Source: Octopus sinensis
Lineage: Eukaryota
Reading direction: 5' to 3'
Length of the DNA stretch: 64,000 nt
NCBI RefSeq assembly: GCF_006345805.1
Contig: NC_043005.1
Location: forward strand, 23,002,001-23,066,000
Numbering within the stretch: the first letter of the stretch is position 1; each line of letters begins with the position of its first letter. The notes below the pieces were generated by a model that saw only the letters and a program-made list of their open reading frames with translations, ran no database searches and had not been told where the DNA came from. Shown piece by piece: positions 39,056 to 52,010 of this stretch. Position numbers and translations under genes: made by a program.

Positions 39056-40881
39056 ATCATCATCATTTAATATCCCTTGTCCATGCTGGCATGGGTTGGA
39101 TGGTTTGACTGGGGCTGGCAAGCTGGGAGGCTACTGCACCTAACTCAAGTCTGATTTGGCATGGTTTCTATGGCTGGATGCCCTTCCTAACGCCAACCAC
39201 TCTGAGAGTGTAATGCTTTTATATACCACCAGCACATGTGCCATTTGCATGACACTACTATATACCATGACTGTGATTTTGCTTGTCTTGATGGATCTTC
39301 TCAAGCACAATATGATGCCAAAGATCTCAGTCAATTGCTCCATGAGGACCAACACTCGAAAGGAGCTCGGCCACTTTGCTTCCATGAGGCCCAATGCTCA
39401 AAAGGTGCTTTTTACTTGTCAGTGGTATGGGTGCCAACTAGGTGACACCAGCATCATCCACAACAATGATTTCATTTGGCTTGATGGGTTTTCTCAAGCA
39501 CAGCATATTGCCAAAGGTCTCAGTCACCATTCATTACCTCTGTCAGGCCCAAACTTTGAAGATTATGCTTCCCCATCTCATCCCATGTCTTCTGGGTGTA
39601 CCTCTTCCACAGGTTCCCTTCACAGTTAGAGATTGGCACTTCTTTATACAGCTGTCTGTATCCATATGCATCGCATGAGCATACCAGAACTGTTGTCTTT
39701 CTTGCACACTATATCTGATGCCTCTTATGCCCAACTTTTCTCTCAAGATGCTTACACTCTGTCAAACATGTATACTGACATTGTACATCCAGTGAAGCAT
39801 AATAGCTTCATTTCTTTCAAGCATGTTCTCAGCTGTTACAGCCCATGTTTCACTGCCATGTAGCATAACTGTTCACACACAGGCATCATACAATCTGCCT
39901 TTCACTCTGAGGGAGAAGCCCTTTGTTACCAGCAGAGGTAGGAACTCTCTGAACTTTGCCCAGCCTAATCTTATTCTCACAGCTATGCTCTCGGAGCATC
40001 CACTTACACTACTAACTTGGTCACCAAGATAACAGAAGTTATTTACTAATTCTAGCTTACTCCATTGGCAGTTGATGAAGTCTATTTTCTGTATATTTTC
40101 AGTGTTTATTGTACCTGTGCCTCTTCCACATACAAAAGCTATTTTCCCTGTTGACCTTCCTCTAATATTGCTACACCTTTTATGTGTCCAAAGCGTACAC
40201 CAGGTGCATCTTATGGAGTCTCTACCTACTCCTTTTCTACAGATTGAGTAGGGCCATCTACCTGAAGGGATTTGTGATTTGTCTGCTTTCCTACTTACTA
40301 AGACTTTGGTCTTCGTTACTCTGTTATTGCCTGGAGGACTCTGATGAATGAGAGGAGGCTGAGGACCATCCTTGGTGAACCCCTACTTGTACCCTGAATT
40401 CCTCGCTGTACTCCTTGTCAACCCTCACCTTATTGGTAGTGTCCCTGTGCAAGCCTTGTAAAGCTCTCACCAACCACTCATCTATCCCTAGTTTCTGCAT
40501 TGACCACCAGATAAGGGATTGGTGGACCCTGTCAAAGGCTTTCTCCAAGTCAACAAAAGTCAAGTACAGAGGTTTATCTTTGACCAGGTATCTTTCCTGC
40601 AGCTGCCTTACCAGAAATATAGCATCAGTGGTGCTTCTCTGTAGCACAACACCAAACTGCATCTCATATAGACTAACTCTCTCCCTAATTAATTGGTCTA
40701 TGACTTTCTCTGTAACTCTGATCACCTGATCCAACAATTTGTTACCTCTGTAATTGTTTCTATTTGAGGCACCACATTTACCTTTGTAGCAGTTGACTAC
40801 AGTGCTGCTACACCAGTCATTGGATATGACTCCTTCATGAACCATATGATTTACAATATGGATGACTAGACCATAACCCAC
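39056..40881 (-). mobile_element. Older RTE copy (RT domains, PHD, C-terminus, 3'UTR, tail)
   Basis: ORF 40324-40881 aligns with the RT of 6267-9020; the continuation aligns down to the (cat)n tail at about 39056. Confidence 0.88.
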
Positions 40882-41338
40882 ACTACCAGATAGGGTAGGG
40901 TAGCTGACTGCTTATTGTGATCATTCGTCTTTTGGCTTCCTGTAGCTTTGCTCTTTTACAAACCCAGTGAACATATATTTCCTATTTCAAAGAAATTCAA
41001 ACAATAATTATAAGACCCAAGTGAAAAAGATTCTCAGCAATTCAACTTCTCTGGTTGACATTAAGACACCCACCCCCAACAGGGGCCTTAACTCTCACAT
41101 TTTAGAGCTCCATGACCTTCATTTTTGAGGTGCAAAATCCTTTTAACAGGTTCTATAAGACTGGAATTTTGGAAATATGCGCATAAAAATCAGTAGTATG
41201 GGATACATGTAGCACGATTACAATTTTTTTAAGGGTGTGTAAAGAGAGAAATAACCCTCATCTGCAATTTTGATGAAATTCAAAACATAGATATTCCAGT
41301 TCATTACAGAAAATATCTCTGCTAGTATATATATATAT

Positions 41339-41394
<56 letters not shown>

Positions 41395-41439
41395 ATACTA
41401 AATTAGCAATTGTGGAGGATGTTCTGAAATATTGTTTCT

Positions 41440-41886
41440 CTTCTTCCTCTCCACCACCCTCTCTCTGTCTGTCTGTCTGCCTCTCTCTCCCCTGCCAAGT
41501 AACCTTGTACCTCCTCTACAGCAAGACACCTGTTTCTGTCTCTCTGCCTCACTATAACCTTTCATCATTCAACACAAGATCACTTCCTCCAATGCCCCTC
41601 TGCTCTCAAAAGAGTCTTTTTTGTCTTGCAAGTACTTGGTGACCCTGTCAGTGCAGGTGCCACTTAAAATCCCCCAGTCCACAATGTAAAGTCATTGGCA
41701 TTTAGAAGGGCATCCAACTGTAAAAACCTTGCTAAGTCCACTCTACTGAGTGGTTGGTGTTAGGAAGGGCATCCAGCTGTAAAAATCCTGCCAAAACAGT
41801 CTGGTCCAGGCTTCTGCCTGGCCAGCTCTTGTCAAACCATCCCACCCATGCTAGCATGTAAGGTGGACATTAAATGATAATGATGA
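41440..41886 (+). mobile_element. Non-autonomous element with pyrimidine-rich body and RTE-type tail (related copy about 47900-48460)
   Basis: Shared tctacagcaagac..cttgcaagt..ggtgacc..gaagggcatcc..catgctagcatg..(atg)n. Confidence 0.55.
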
Positions 41887-41888
41887 TA

Positions 41889-42546
41889 TATGAGGGGAAG
41901 TCAAAAATTATCCACGCTTTCACCATGATATATCTTTATTATTGTCACACTGCCTTCTGCACATGTGTGCTTATAGTTGGTACTATTGTGGTCACATGAT
42001 TGAAGGTTGAGCCTGATTGCGCCATTTTTTCTTTTTGACTTTACAATGTAAGCATGGCTGTTCCACTAGCAATGTGCATCAAAGAAGAACAAGAGTAGTG
42101 ATCTGAGAGATGGTAATGGTGAACCAATTCACCATTACCATCTCTCAAGCTTGCTGAATCTTATCAGTGATGGAGGTTGATTGATGTCCTGCTCCCTCTT
42201 CCTGTGTCATGCTTGTCTGGCCACTTTTAAACTTCTCGATCTACTCATACACACTTCTACACAGTAGTGCACTGTCCCAGAATTATGCTAAAAGCTTCTG
42301 ATGAATTTCAGCACCTGACACATCTTCCTACCAATCACTGCTCATTGTTATCTTTGGTGCACATTGCTAGTGGAGCGGCCATGCTTACTCTGTAAAGCCA
42401 GAAAGTAAAATGGTGTGATCAAGCTCAAATTTCGATCACGTGACCACAATAGTCCCCACTATAAGCATGCATACACAGAAGGCAGTGTGACAATAATAAA
42501 GATATGCCATGGCAAAAGTGTGAATAAATTTTGACTTCCCTTCATA
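41889..42546. mobile_element. Internally deleted mariner-type element (MITE) with about 125-bp TIRs
   Basis: tatgaggggaagtcaaaaatt... / ...aattttgacttcccttcata; TA flanks; internal minus-strand transposase remnants. Confidence 0.75.
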
Positions 42547-43926
42547 TATATATATTCAATATACAGTCCTGCTCAAGTCTGAATACACAGTTAAAAATAA
42601 GATTGTAAGATTTAATACTGCAATTGATTTAGCAGAAGAACAAAAAATTATCAACATCCTATGCAGACTTTTCATGCTGGGATGGAGTTGGAAGATAATA
42701 TCTTGCTCCAAAGTCTTAATTTTAGCATGGTGTCTATGGTTGGATGCCCTTCCTAACACTCAGCTACTTTATTAAGTAAACTGGGTACATTTTTTTTCAT
42801 TCATTAGTCCTGTAGAAGTTGTTTTGCTTTTGGTAAGCCTAAAGATTCCTCTCAATCCTGCATTATCTCAGCTAAATCTTCAAACTACTTTACAAAGTAC
42901 ACTGGATGATTTTTTTCCATAGTGTCATGTTTTGTCATTAAACATGACTTTAAGCTTGTTTTCATTTGACCAATTTTTATAACTCCTGCAAAACTTAAAT
43001 GACTTTTCTTTGTTTTTTTTGATGGGTGTTTTGCTACTAGATGGAATTCTTTTTATAATTGACATTTTATTGTCTTATTAGTACATTACATAGTTGATGA
43101 CAACTTATGAAGTATGCCAACAAAATTGAAGCCTGAGATCTATACCTCAACCCTCTCTCTCTTTCGGAGAGGCACTGAGCAGCTATACGCACACATACAC
43201 ACACGGCAGTAACTTCCACTTACCGAATTCAATCACAAAGCTCCGGTCAGCTTGGGGCTATAGTGAAAGACATCTACCCAAAGTGCCACGCAGTGGGACT
43301 GAACCTGAAACCATGTAGATAGGAAGCAAGCTCCCTAACCACACAGCTATGCCCGCGCCTCAATTTGCAAATTATTTGTATCCACCTGTCAAGTGAAAGT
43401 GAAAAAAAAAACCATTGCTGGCAGCACCAACAAAAACATTTAGCTAAGCTGATGTCATCTTGAACATAAATCCATTGCTACATAAAGCAATATTTTGGGC
43501 TCTTTTTTTTTTTAGTTGGCAATTCTATAAATGGATAAAATATTGATGTGCTTTGCTGTATGACAAATGACAAATAGATGATGAAATTAAGAAATAACAT
43601 TTCACCGTTCATATCTCATAATGTGAATTAACTTTGTTAATTTATAAGTAATTACTTTTGTTTTCATATTTATAAAAATACTAGATTTAATCTTTTATTC
43701 GGACTTTTGATTAGAACTGTAGAGTGAGGAACATTTCTTCATATCAGTCAATGATAGGAGAAAGAGATGGAAATTTCTAGGGATAGATTTGTAAGTAGAT
43801 CAATACAAAGTGATAAAGGGATAAATAAATAATTAGGTAGATTATATAGATAGGTAGGTAACTGAACAGTTAAATAGATATTTAAATATAAGACAAATAT
43901 GAAATATGAGAAACTATGGTAGTTAA

Positions 43927-44243
43927 TTCTGTTGTGTCTGGGGAGAGTCATTTTCTTTCTGTGCCTTATAATTTAACACACTCACCAGTAAAAATTTCCA
44001 CTTATTTCTTATTTTTATTTTCCTAAAATTTTCGTTGCTTGTTGCAACCTTTTCAATAGTCAAAACTATTGAAAAGTTGCAAGACGCAACGAAAATAAAA
44101 ATAAAGAATAAGTGGAAATTTTATCGATGAGTGTGTTAAATTATAAGGCACAGAAAGAAAATGACTCTCCCCAGACACAACAGAATATGCTTCAACACAT
44201 GAACTCATATAAAGAATCTTGCAAAGCAAATCCAAAAACGAAA
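43927..44243. mobile_element. Fold-back (palindromic) element with asymmetric tail, copy 1
   Basis: About 135-bp inverted arms centred near 44063; 12-bp TSD tatggtagttaa at 43915-43926 and 44244-44255. Confidence 0.85.
44023..44059 (-). ncRNA. Variant (U3-A8) minimal hammerhead motif
   Basis: Minus strand reads cta-TTGAAAA-g-gttgc-aacaa-gcaac-GAAA-A-TT-T-tag. Confidence 0.5.
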
Positions 44244-44474
44244 TATGGTAGTTAAACTAAACATATTCAGAACAAACGCTTCCAAGCATAGACATTTGGG
44301 GAAGATACAGTTGGTGTAATCAAATTTATTTTTTTATTAGTACAATATTTCGACGACCCGAAAAGATGAAATTTAAAGTTGGCTTCGACGAGGTTTGAAC
44401 CCAGATTCTAAAGGGACATAATTCAGGAGATTTGGCATGTCAGGAGAGTTAGAAAATGAAAAATAACCAAGCTG

Positions 44475-44547
44475 TACGTCACGTGGGACAGTCAGTTCAA
44501 GGGAGGCAACTGCAATTTGCTTTATCCTCTGTGTGTGTCAGGTACGT
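44475..44547 (+). promoter_or_regulatory. Candidate POP7 promoter and non-coding first exon
   Basis: Overlapping CRE/E-box tacgtcacgtgg (44475-44486); donor CAG|GTACGT at 44542; matching acceptor tttttcag| at 46178, 27 nt before the ATG. Confidence 0.45.
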
Positions 44548-46205
44548 GAAATTTGTAAACGAATTTTTATTTTTACCCAAATAATATACTAATCTTTTAG
44601 TTTTTGTAAAATTATTTTTATCTTTTCAGTTTATTGAATTTTCATTTAATCTTCTATTTAATTTCTTCTGTAATTAAAACTTACCACTATTTATATCAGT
44701 CTATGATAGTAGAAACAGAGAGCGGAAATTTTGAAGGTATTAACTTTTTCTGAACTATAGTTCGAAGTTCTTTATTATTTCTTATAGTTTACTACCTATA
44801 AATCTATCTTATATAGTAAAACACTGCCAAGATAAAGAGATGTTTACCACTTAAGTTTTGTGAACTGTTTATGAAAGCAGCAACATGAAATTTATCAATT
44901 TAGCTTTCATTAAGTTAATTTTCTGATACTTTTTATGAACAATTTCCGAATGTGCTATATTTTGAGTAATAATTTCCAAAACCAAAAGACAACGGTGCTG
45001 TTTAGAATTTTAAAATATGTTAGTACTTAATAGTGAAAAGCACAATTTCTTGTTGAAATGACCACCAAATTTCCTCCCAATTACATCCTACCATCTTGGT
45101 TAACTATTAATGCTAAATCCCCATGCTCTACTGCTACAAATAAATTCGCTCTTCTCTGCACCCTGCCAGTGACTCCACATGTATCTTTTGAGTACACAAT
45201 AGAGAGTCACTACTTTCTTGTCTCTGCATATTAAGCATGGTCACTTCCTAGATAATAGGTTTCTGTATTACTCCTATTTTAACTCATGTCCATTGTCCAG
45301 TAATCTTTCGTCACACATCTGTGACCTCTTCAGCTACACTTTCTGTCTTCGTGTGTGCTCTGCTTAGTCCATTTTGAATTTCTGTATTGCTAAAAACTTC
45401 TCACTCTAGAGGAAGGCAGTAGTGGTTTCCCTATCAGGTGCAAAGGTACAAATATTAACTGCAACCCATCTGAGCTGATTCTCTCCTTAGCTGCATTGTA
45501 ACTCTTTCTGCCAATTTCATAATTTCGTCTTTCAATTTGATGCTCCTCTAGGCACACTTTTCTAAGCTTTTATTTTTTTGCCTTTGTATTAGTTGATGAC
45601 GATAGTGCTATGCAAGTCATTGACACCTTATGTTACTTGATTAACTGTGTAAAGTAACTATTATGTGTCCTACTTCACTAGATATTTTCAGCACCTTGAC
45701 CACTATCCCTTATGGACCTGCAGCTTTACTTGCCATCATATGCATTACAGCTCTTTCAATCTTCTAACTGCCAACTTCAATAGTTAATAGCTCTACTTGT
45801 GTTAGTTTCTCTCTTTCTCTCACACACACTTTTCTTTATTCAACTGCATTTCTATACTTGTTTCTTCTTGGTATCTGTAAGTGTGTGTGCATCACTGTCA
45901 TTCCACATACACTTTTCCCTGGGCTCCATCTAGTAGAATAAAGACATTATGCTATGTATTCTTTTTTTTTTTTTACTCTAAAGTGTAGTTTGAGAGATGT
46001 GACTGCTATTTCTAGCTGGTCAAATGAGGCTCAACTCAAAAAGTCTCTTTTTTCCAATTGAAGCAACAACATGATGGTAACAATCTTATTTACACTCTAC
46101 TAATGTATTGTGTGTCTTTGATGTTGATCTTACTAATCCTCTTGACACTATAATTTCCAAGATGTACTTCTTTTTCAGCCAAGACATATTGTCCAAATTT
46201 CAAAA

Positions 46206-46646
46206 ATGGCTGATGCAAGAAAAGGTGCCAGGTCTACAGAGGCAAAGGGAAAAGAGAAACAGAAAAAACTACGTGAACTAGTTGATCAAGAAGAATATAT
46301 TTTGAGGAAACGGCTCCCACGGACATTTCCAAAGAGACCTAATGATGTATATATTAGCAAAAAGACTAATTTCAAAGCACAAATGATTCGTTGTCAAACA
46401 TTTCTAGACAATGGCAACAAAGTCTATATCCATGCTTTAGGAGCTGCTATTAACAGAGCAGTTAATTTAGCATTGCAACTGAAGGCTAATGGTTGTGGTT
46501 CTGTGGAAATATCCACTAACACATCAACAGTTTACCTCACTGATGACTTGGAACCAGCAAATGATAAACTAGAATATGAGACATTAACAAGAACCAATTC
46601 AGCAATTCACATAAAAGTGTATCGACCTCAAAAATTAAAAGATTGA
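46206..46646 (+). CDS. POP7: Ribonuclease P/MRP protein subunit p20 (Rpp20, Alba-like fold)
   Basis: 146-aa ORF with RKRLP....KRPNDVYISKKTNFKAQ..RC..., IHALGAAINRAVNLALQL, TSTVYLTDDLEP and RTNSAIHIKV; Kozak aaaATGG; AATAAA at 46655. Confidence 0.93.
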   Translation: MADARKGARSTEAKGKEKQKKLRELVDQEEYILRKRLPRTFPKRPNDVYISKKTNFKAQMIRCQTFLDNGNKVYIHALGAAINRAVNLALQLKANGCGSVEISTNTSTVYLTDDLEPANDKLEYETLTRTNSAIHIKVYRPQKLKD

Positions 46647-48869
46647 ATCAACAGAATAAATACCACACCTTTTTTTTTTTTTTTATAAATGTCTGCAAGT
46701 CTAATCAATGTCTTTGTCATCTTTCATCTGAATCAGTAAAATATCAGACTCTTTACACTTGACAGATAACCTCTCTAATGCCAGTAGCATGATTAAACTT
46801 TAACATAAACAGCAATGAAGATTGGCAATTTCCTCTTGTCTGTATCAAATGACAAAGGACTATAGCAAACAGTGAGACGCTGTTCAGGAGCAGGCCTGTC
46901 CAACCCATACCAGCATGGAAGAACAGACATAAAACAATGATGACAATACTGATAGGACATGGACAGTCAACTCTGGTAATATTTGGACTCGGGTCCTAAT
47001 AATAATAATTTCTTAATTAATCATAAAGCCATGTAGATCTGTAGGTAGATAGCCACAACCGACTGAGATGATAAAATTACTGCTTGATTGAGGATTTATT
47101 CTTGTCAATCTTTCCTCACAGTAGATATGTGAGAGCATTCAGGGTTGATGAAATCAACTAAGTACTTGGGTTAACAGTATCAACTAATCCCCCTTCCCCT
47201 CAAAATTGCTGGCCTTGTGCCCTAAATCAAAAACCATTTTGTCTCTACCACCCTTTTTTTTTTGTAGATTCAAGCAAGGCTAGAATATTTAGAGTGTATC
47301 ACCCCAGTATATTACTGGTACTTGTCAAACCAGATGAAGTGAAAGTCAAAGTCACTAGCTGATTTTGAGAACACCATTTTAATGTCCACTTTTCCAAGCT
47401 TGCATGGATCTTATGCAATCCAATGAAATAGATTTTCTAAGGATGGATGGCCTTCCTGTTGCCACTCTTCATCTGTTTCTGTGCAAGGTAATAATTCCTC
47501 ATGGCCAGACATGTTTTCCATGAAGATTGGAAATGGACAATACCTGTTTACACCATCAAGCAACGTCAGGACAAAGACGCATATGCAAGCAAGGTATGCA
47601 CACATGCTCGTGTGTATATACAAATATACATTTATTGTGGTTTGGACACGTGATGCATGTGGAAGAAGCTAACTGTATAAAGTGCTGATTGCTTAAAGTG
47701 GTTGAAATCTGCAGAAGAAGACATGGGATGAAGTAGTGAGGGTTGATCTCAAGATGTTGAGCCTCACAGAGATGTCTGGTGATATGAATTTCTTAAGAAA
47801 ACCCACTCATCTCAGTGAAACTGAGTTCTAGAAGCACTGTATTCCACCCACATATAACAATTCACCCCTCACCCCCATCCCAGTGAACCAAACTACATCT
47901 CTTCACACACTATGATTGTTTCCCTACCCTGCTCCTGCATCCCAATGTCACACTCTCATCTCCCCCCCCCCTGCCAGTTGTATCATTGCTATCCTGCTGC
48001 TCCTGTGGACCCATGTCTGACACTCACTATATTCCCCTTCTCCCCATTTGCACTCATGAAATCCCAGCTCACTCACCATCCAATCCTCTATACAATTTAG
48101 TCTCCTCCTTGTACGTATGACCTGGCATGGCAGCATCATCTCCTTTCTCCCCAACTGGGATAACCATGTATCTTCTCTACAGCAAGACATTTTCATCCTC
48201 ATCATCACCTGGCACAAAGCCACCTCACTCAATACTACTCTCAGTTTAGGGTCTTTGTCTTGCAAGTTACTGGGTGACCTCACCGGCGTTGATGCCATGT
48301 AAAAATCACCCAGTGCACTCTGTAAAGTGTTCGGTATTAGGAAGAGCTTCCAAATGTAGAAACCATGCCAAGGCGGACAGTTAAAGCTAGGTGCAGTTTT
48401 CTAGCTTGTCAGTCATATCAAACTGTCCAACCTATGCCAGCATGGAAGAAGGATATCAAATGATTATATGTATGTGTATATATATATATATACATATATA
48501 TATATACATACATACATACACACACACAGGTGTTAAGGAATGGAGTAGATAAAATCTGAGCTACATATTTCATAACAAGTGGAACCTCAGACGTGGTAGA
48601 TATCCAAACGAGGTGTATACCACAAGCTACTCTTCAGGCCAAGGGTATCTTGATTAAATGAAGCTTTACATTGTCGTAAGGAAATATATGTCAACACACG
48701 GACAATTCTGATCGAATTGTCCATGTGTAGTTTTTTTAATATTTTCTACGGTTTGTTTGAAGCTCACCTTCCTACACCTTGATCCTTGTATCTTACATTT
48801 ATACATATATATAAAAGCAAATTAGCTTAAGAAAATCTCTGTAAGAGATGAAAGCAGTATCTATACTGA

Positions 48870-49185
48870 GAAGTAATGTTTATCACCAGAGCTGGAGGCA
48901 AGTAAAAAGCACCATTCAAACGTGAATAAAATTCAAGAGAGGTTGTTGCCAGTGCCGCTGAACTGGCTCCTCTGCAGGTGGCATGTAAAAGACACCACTT
49001 GAGCATGGCTGTTACCAGTACTGATTGACTGGCCCTCATGCTGGTGGCACGTAAAAGCACCCACTACACTCTCGGAGTGGTTGGCATTAGGAAGGGCATC
49101 CAGCTGTAGAAACTCTGCCAGATCACACAAGTGGTTGGCATTAGGAAGGGCATCCAGCTGTAGAAACTCTGCCAGATCACACACA
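48870..49185 (+). mobile_element. RTE 3'UTR fragment with a 54-bp tandem duplication ending in (CA)n
   Basis: gtggttggcattaggaagggcatccagctgtagaaactctgccagatcacac occurs at 49077 and 49131. Confidence 0.8.
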
Positions 49186-49222
49186 CACACACACACATGA
49201 TGGACTAAACAACAGTAGTTCT

Positions 49223-49493
49223 TTATTTACTTTTGACAGATATTTGTCATCTTGTTTGTTGTCAACACAATGTTTCAGCTGATATACGCTCCAGCCATCA
49301 TCAGGTGTCTTGGGGGAAATTTCGAACCTGGATTCTCATTTTTCGATGTTATTATTCGAAATTTCCCCTAAGACACCTGATGAAGGCTGGAGCGTATATC
49401 AGCCGAAACATTTTAACAACAAACAAGATGAGGACAAATATCTGTCAAATGTAAATAATGTACATAATTCCTCATCTCTTAAATATAGAACTG
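49223..49493. mobile_element. Headless fold-back copy of the hammerhead-SINE tail
   Basis: Minus arm 49223-49356 and plus arm 49355-49493 both match 25525-25700; 12-bp TSD aacagtagttct at 49211-49222 and 49494-49505. Confidence 0.85.
49264..49309 (-). ncRNA. Minimal hammerhead motif with stem III mismatch (CpG decay)
   Basis: Minus strand reads gacac-CTGATGA-t-ggctg-loop-cagct-GAAA-CA-TT-gtgtt. Confidence 0.55.
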
Positions 49494-49640
49494 AACAGTA
49501 GTTCTGTTCCAAACAGTTTTCATGCACTATGCCAGAATGGATTTCATGTAACTATTTGATGAGAGTGGAAAAAAGACTAAGATAAGTTTAATTTCTCCTA
49601 CTTTTTTTTTAATAAATATTTTATTTAAATTCAAAATCTT

Positions 49641-49790
49641 TTATTTAGGTATTAATATATCAGTCTCATATATTTTCTTCCATAAAGACTTTACTCTAGT
49701 TGTCTCTTCTTTATCTGAATGAAGAGGCAGAAAGGAGACCAGTCCATTATATAATATACTGTCATCAGATTGGCTTTCTAGATGTTTGAC
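49641..49790 (-). CDS. UQCC1: UQCC1 (CBP3 homolog) terminal coding exon
   Basis: Acceptor cattttgtag|; VKHLESQSDDSILYNGLVSFLPLHSDKEETTRVKSLWKKIYETDILIPK*; phase 0; AATAAA on - at 49620-49625. Confidence 0.85.
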   Translation of the reverse strand, partial: VKHLESQSDDSILYNGLVSFLPLHSDKEETTRVKSLWKKIYETDILIPK

Positions 49791-51896
49791 CTACAAAATG
49801 AGATAAACAAAAATTAAAATATAATTGTTGAATTATTTCAAATATGATAAAGAGAAAACTTACAATAAAATTTGTCAAAAGCTTCAAAATGTGGATGGTA
49901 GAATTAGGCCAACCAAAATGTTTTGCAATACAGTAATACCTCACTTTACAAGACCCTGGGTTTATGAGTTTTATTTTACAGCTCATTTTTGTATGGGGAG
50001 CTGAAATTTTGAATGAAGCGCAAAAGTTTATACTACAATAACAAATGCTTCATGTTAGCGAGAAATTTATAGAGCAAAAGAAAAAAAGTTTCTTCTAAGC
50101 AAACAACTCTAGATTTGTTTTTTTTAATGTTAAAGAGAAATCTACAAGTCTGTCTATGAGTGTTCGAAAAGATAAAAGGCAAAGTTGACCTCGGTGGAAT
50201 TTGAACTCAGAATATAACAATAGATGATATACCACTAAGCATTTTGCCCAGCATGCTAACAACTCTGCCAGCTTGCCACCTTAACGATTATAATAATATT
50301 TTTTATTATAAGTGATCTTGACATTCTTTTTTTACATAAAGTATTCTTTACATTTTATTGCCATTTATTTACGAGTATTATAAATTTTATAGGTTAAAAT
50401 ATTTCTCTTGAAACAAATTACACTTTATAACATTGCTACTATGGGAAATTATTGCTCTGCTTTATGAATGGTCTCAGAGAATGAATTAACTCGTATATCA
50501 AGGCATTACTGTATTTAGTTACATCCCTTTATTATTTGACTTCAAATTCTGCTGGGTTCAACTTTGCCTTTCCTGCTTCTAGGGATGAATAAAACAAGTA
50601 GTTTGGGGTTGATTTAATCAACTATATCCAACATTTGTGGCATTGGGTTGTAAAGTTAAAGTAACTAGGCTAAATTCTTTGTGTTATTTAGTCAAAAAAT
50701 TATATATTCTGCATTCAAATCCAGTAGCAGCTTGTAAATAAAATTATTTGGGATGCTGCTTCAGAAAACTTTTAGCTGTTTTAATATTGTGTAAAAGGAA
50801 ACAAACATAAAAAGAAAATTTAAGCATAAACTTGATCAGTTCGTGTTTTAGCCACTACCAGGTAGTGTGTTTAATTTGTTCACTGAACACTGCTGTGAAT
50901 TCCCCTTTGTTTTTCAAAAATCCCCCCTAAATCACAAAATAAGGTGAGGTAATGTGCCCTATTTTCCAAATCCTGGAAGCAGGATAATAATCTAATTCTA
51001 CATTTTATCACATTCAAGTATATAAGCATGTTTTTAAGCACAACACATGCTGAGTGAAAAATAACACTACCTTTCACTCGGCACTGTCATTCACACAGTG
51101 CTCTTTCTCTCTTGTGCGAAGCTTCCTATTTCAGACATGTGAGTATGCACACAACAGCCAAACACTGAAGCGCACAGTTCTATATAAGGATTTTTGTATA
51201 TTTTTCATAAACTAATGGGTGGCTACTGACATTAAGCTTAAGGATTATACAATATACAAGTATAAAGAAAGAATTAAAGAAAAGGACTCATTATATTGAA
51301 TGTTATCGATAATATCAAGTGGAAATAGGGGGTACTGCAGTTCCTATACATGAGCCATCATGGTTCAAATCCCACAAAGATCAAATTTAAGAACTGAAAG
51401 TAAATACAACACCCATAACAAAAGAAAACAAATGCCAGAAGACACCACTGGTTGTAATTTTCTGCTATGAGCAACAAATGCATTGTAAAAATGAATAAGT
51501 GCATTCTAGTTTTGTTGTATTGAGTTTTAATTTCTACAAGAAAAGTCATCAATAGGCATACATTCTAACCAAGGGAAAATGTGTTACTCTTCCAAGTTGT
51601 GCCACAGAAACCAGAAATAACAACTCGCTTAGCCTTTGGGAAATCTGTTAAATCTGTTTAAATTGAGCATTTATATTAACTCCAAGATAATGATTGCTAT
51701 CTTTTAATGTTAAATTGTTTAAAAATACAACTGCAGTCACTGTCCTTTCTCAAACTGAGTAATGTGAAGATAGAGGATGACTGTTATTTCCCAATTAGGT
51801 AAACCAAAACTGGTAGGGGTGCCCTGATCAACCATCCATAGAATTCACTAAACTACACTATACAGCAGAGTGATGATGGTTTCAATTATGTGTTAC

Positions 51897-52010
51897 CTGT
51901 TTTCTGACATACTGCACTGCAAGTTCAAGGTTCTGAGGCTCAGTATACTTTGATGCAAACAGGTTTCTCCAGAGAGCACTGGCAAGGACTCTGTCATTTG
52001 ACATCAAACC
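51897..52010 (-). CDS. UQCC1: UQCC1 exon (114 nt)
   Basis: ttgatttcag| GLMSNDRVLASALWRNLFASKYTEPQNLELAVQYVRKQ |gtaaca; matches the CBP3-family GL..D..LA.ALWR and L..YVRKQ motifs. Confidence 0.93.

Noticed and set aside
51131-51144. cag|acat|gtgagt as a 4-nt microexon on +
   Set aside because: No host gene on + here, and it is antisense to or just inside the UQCC1 last intron; chance occurrence is likely.
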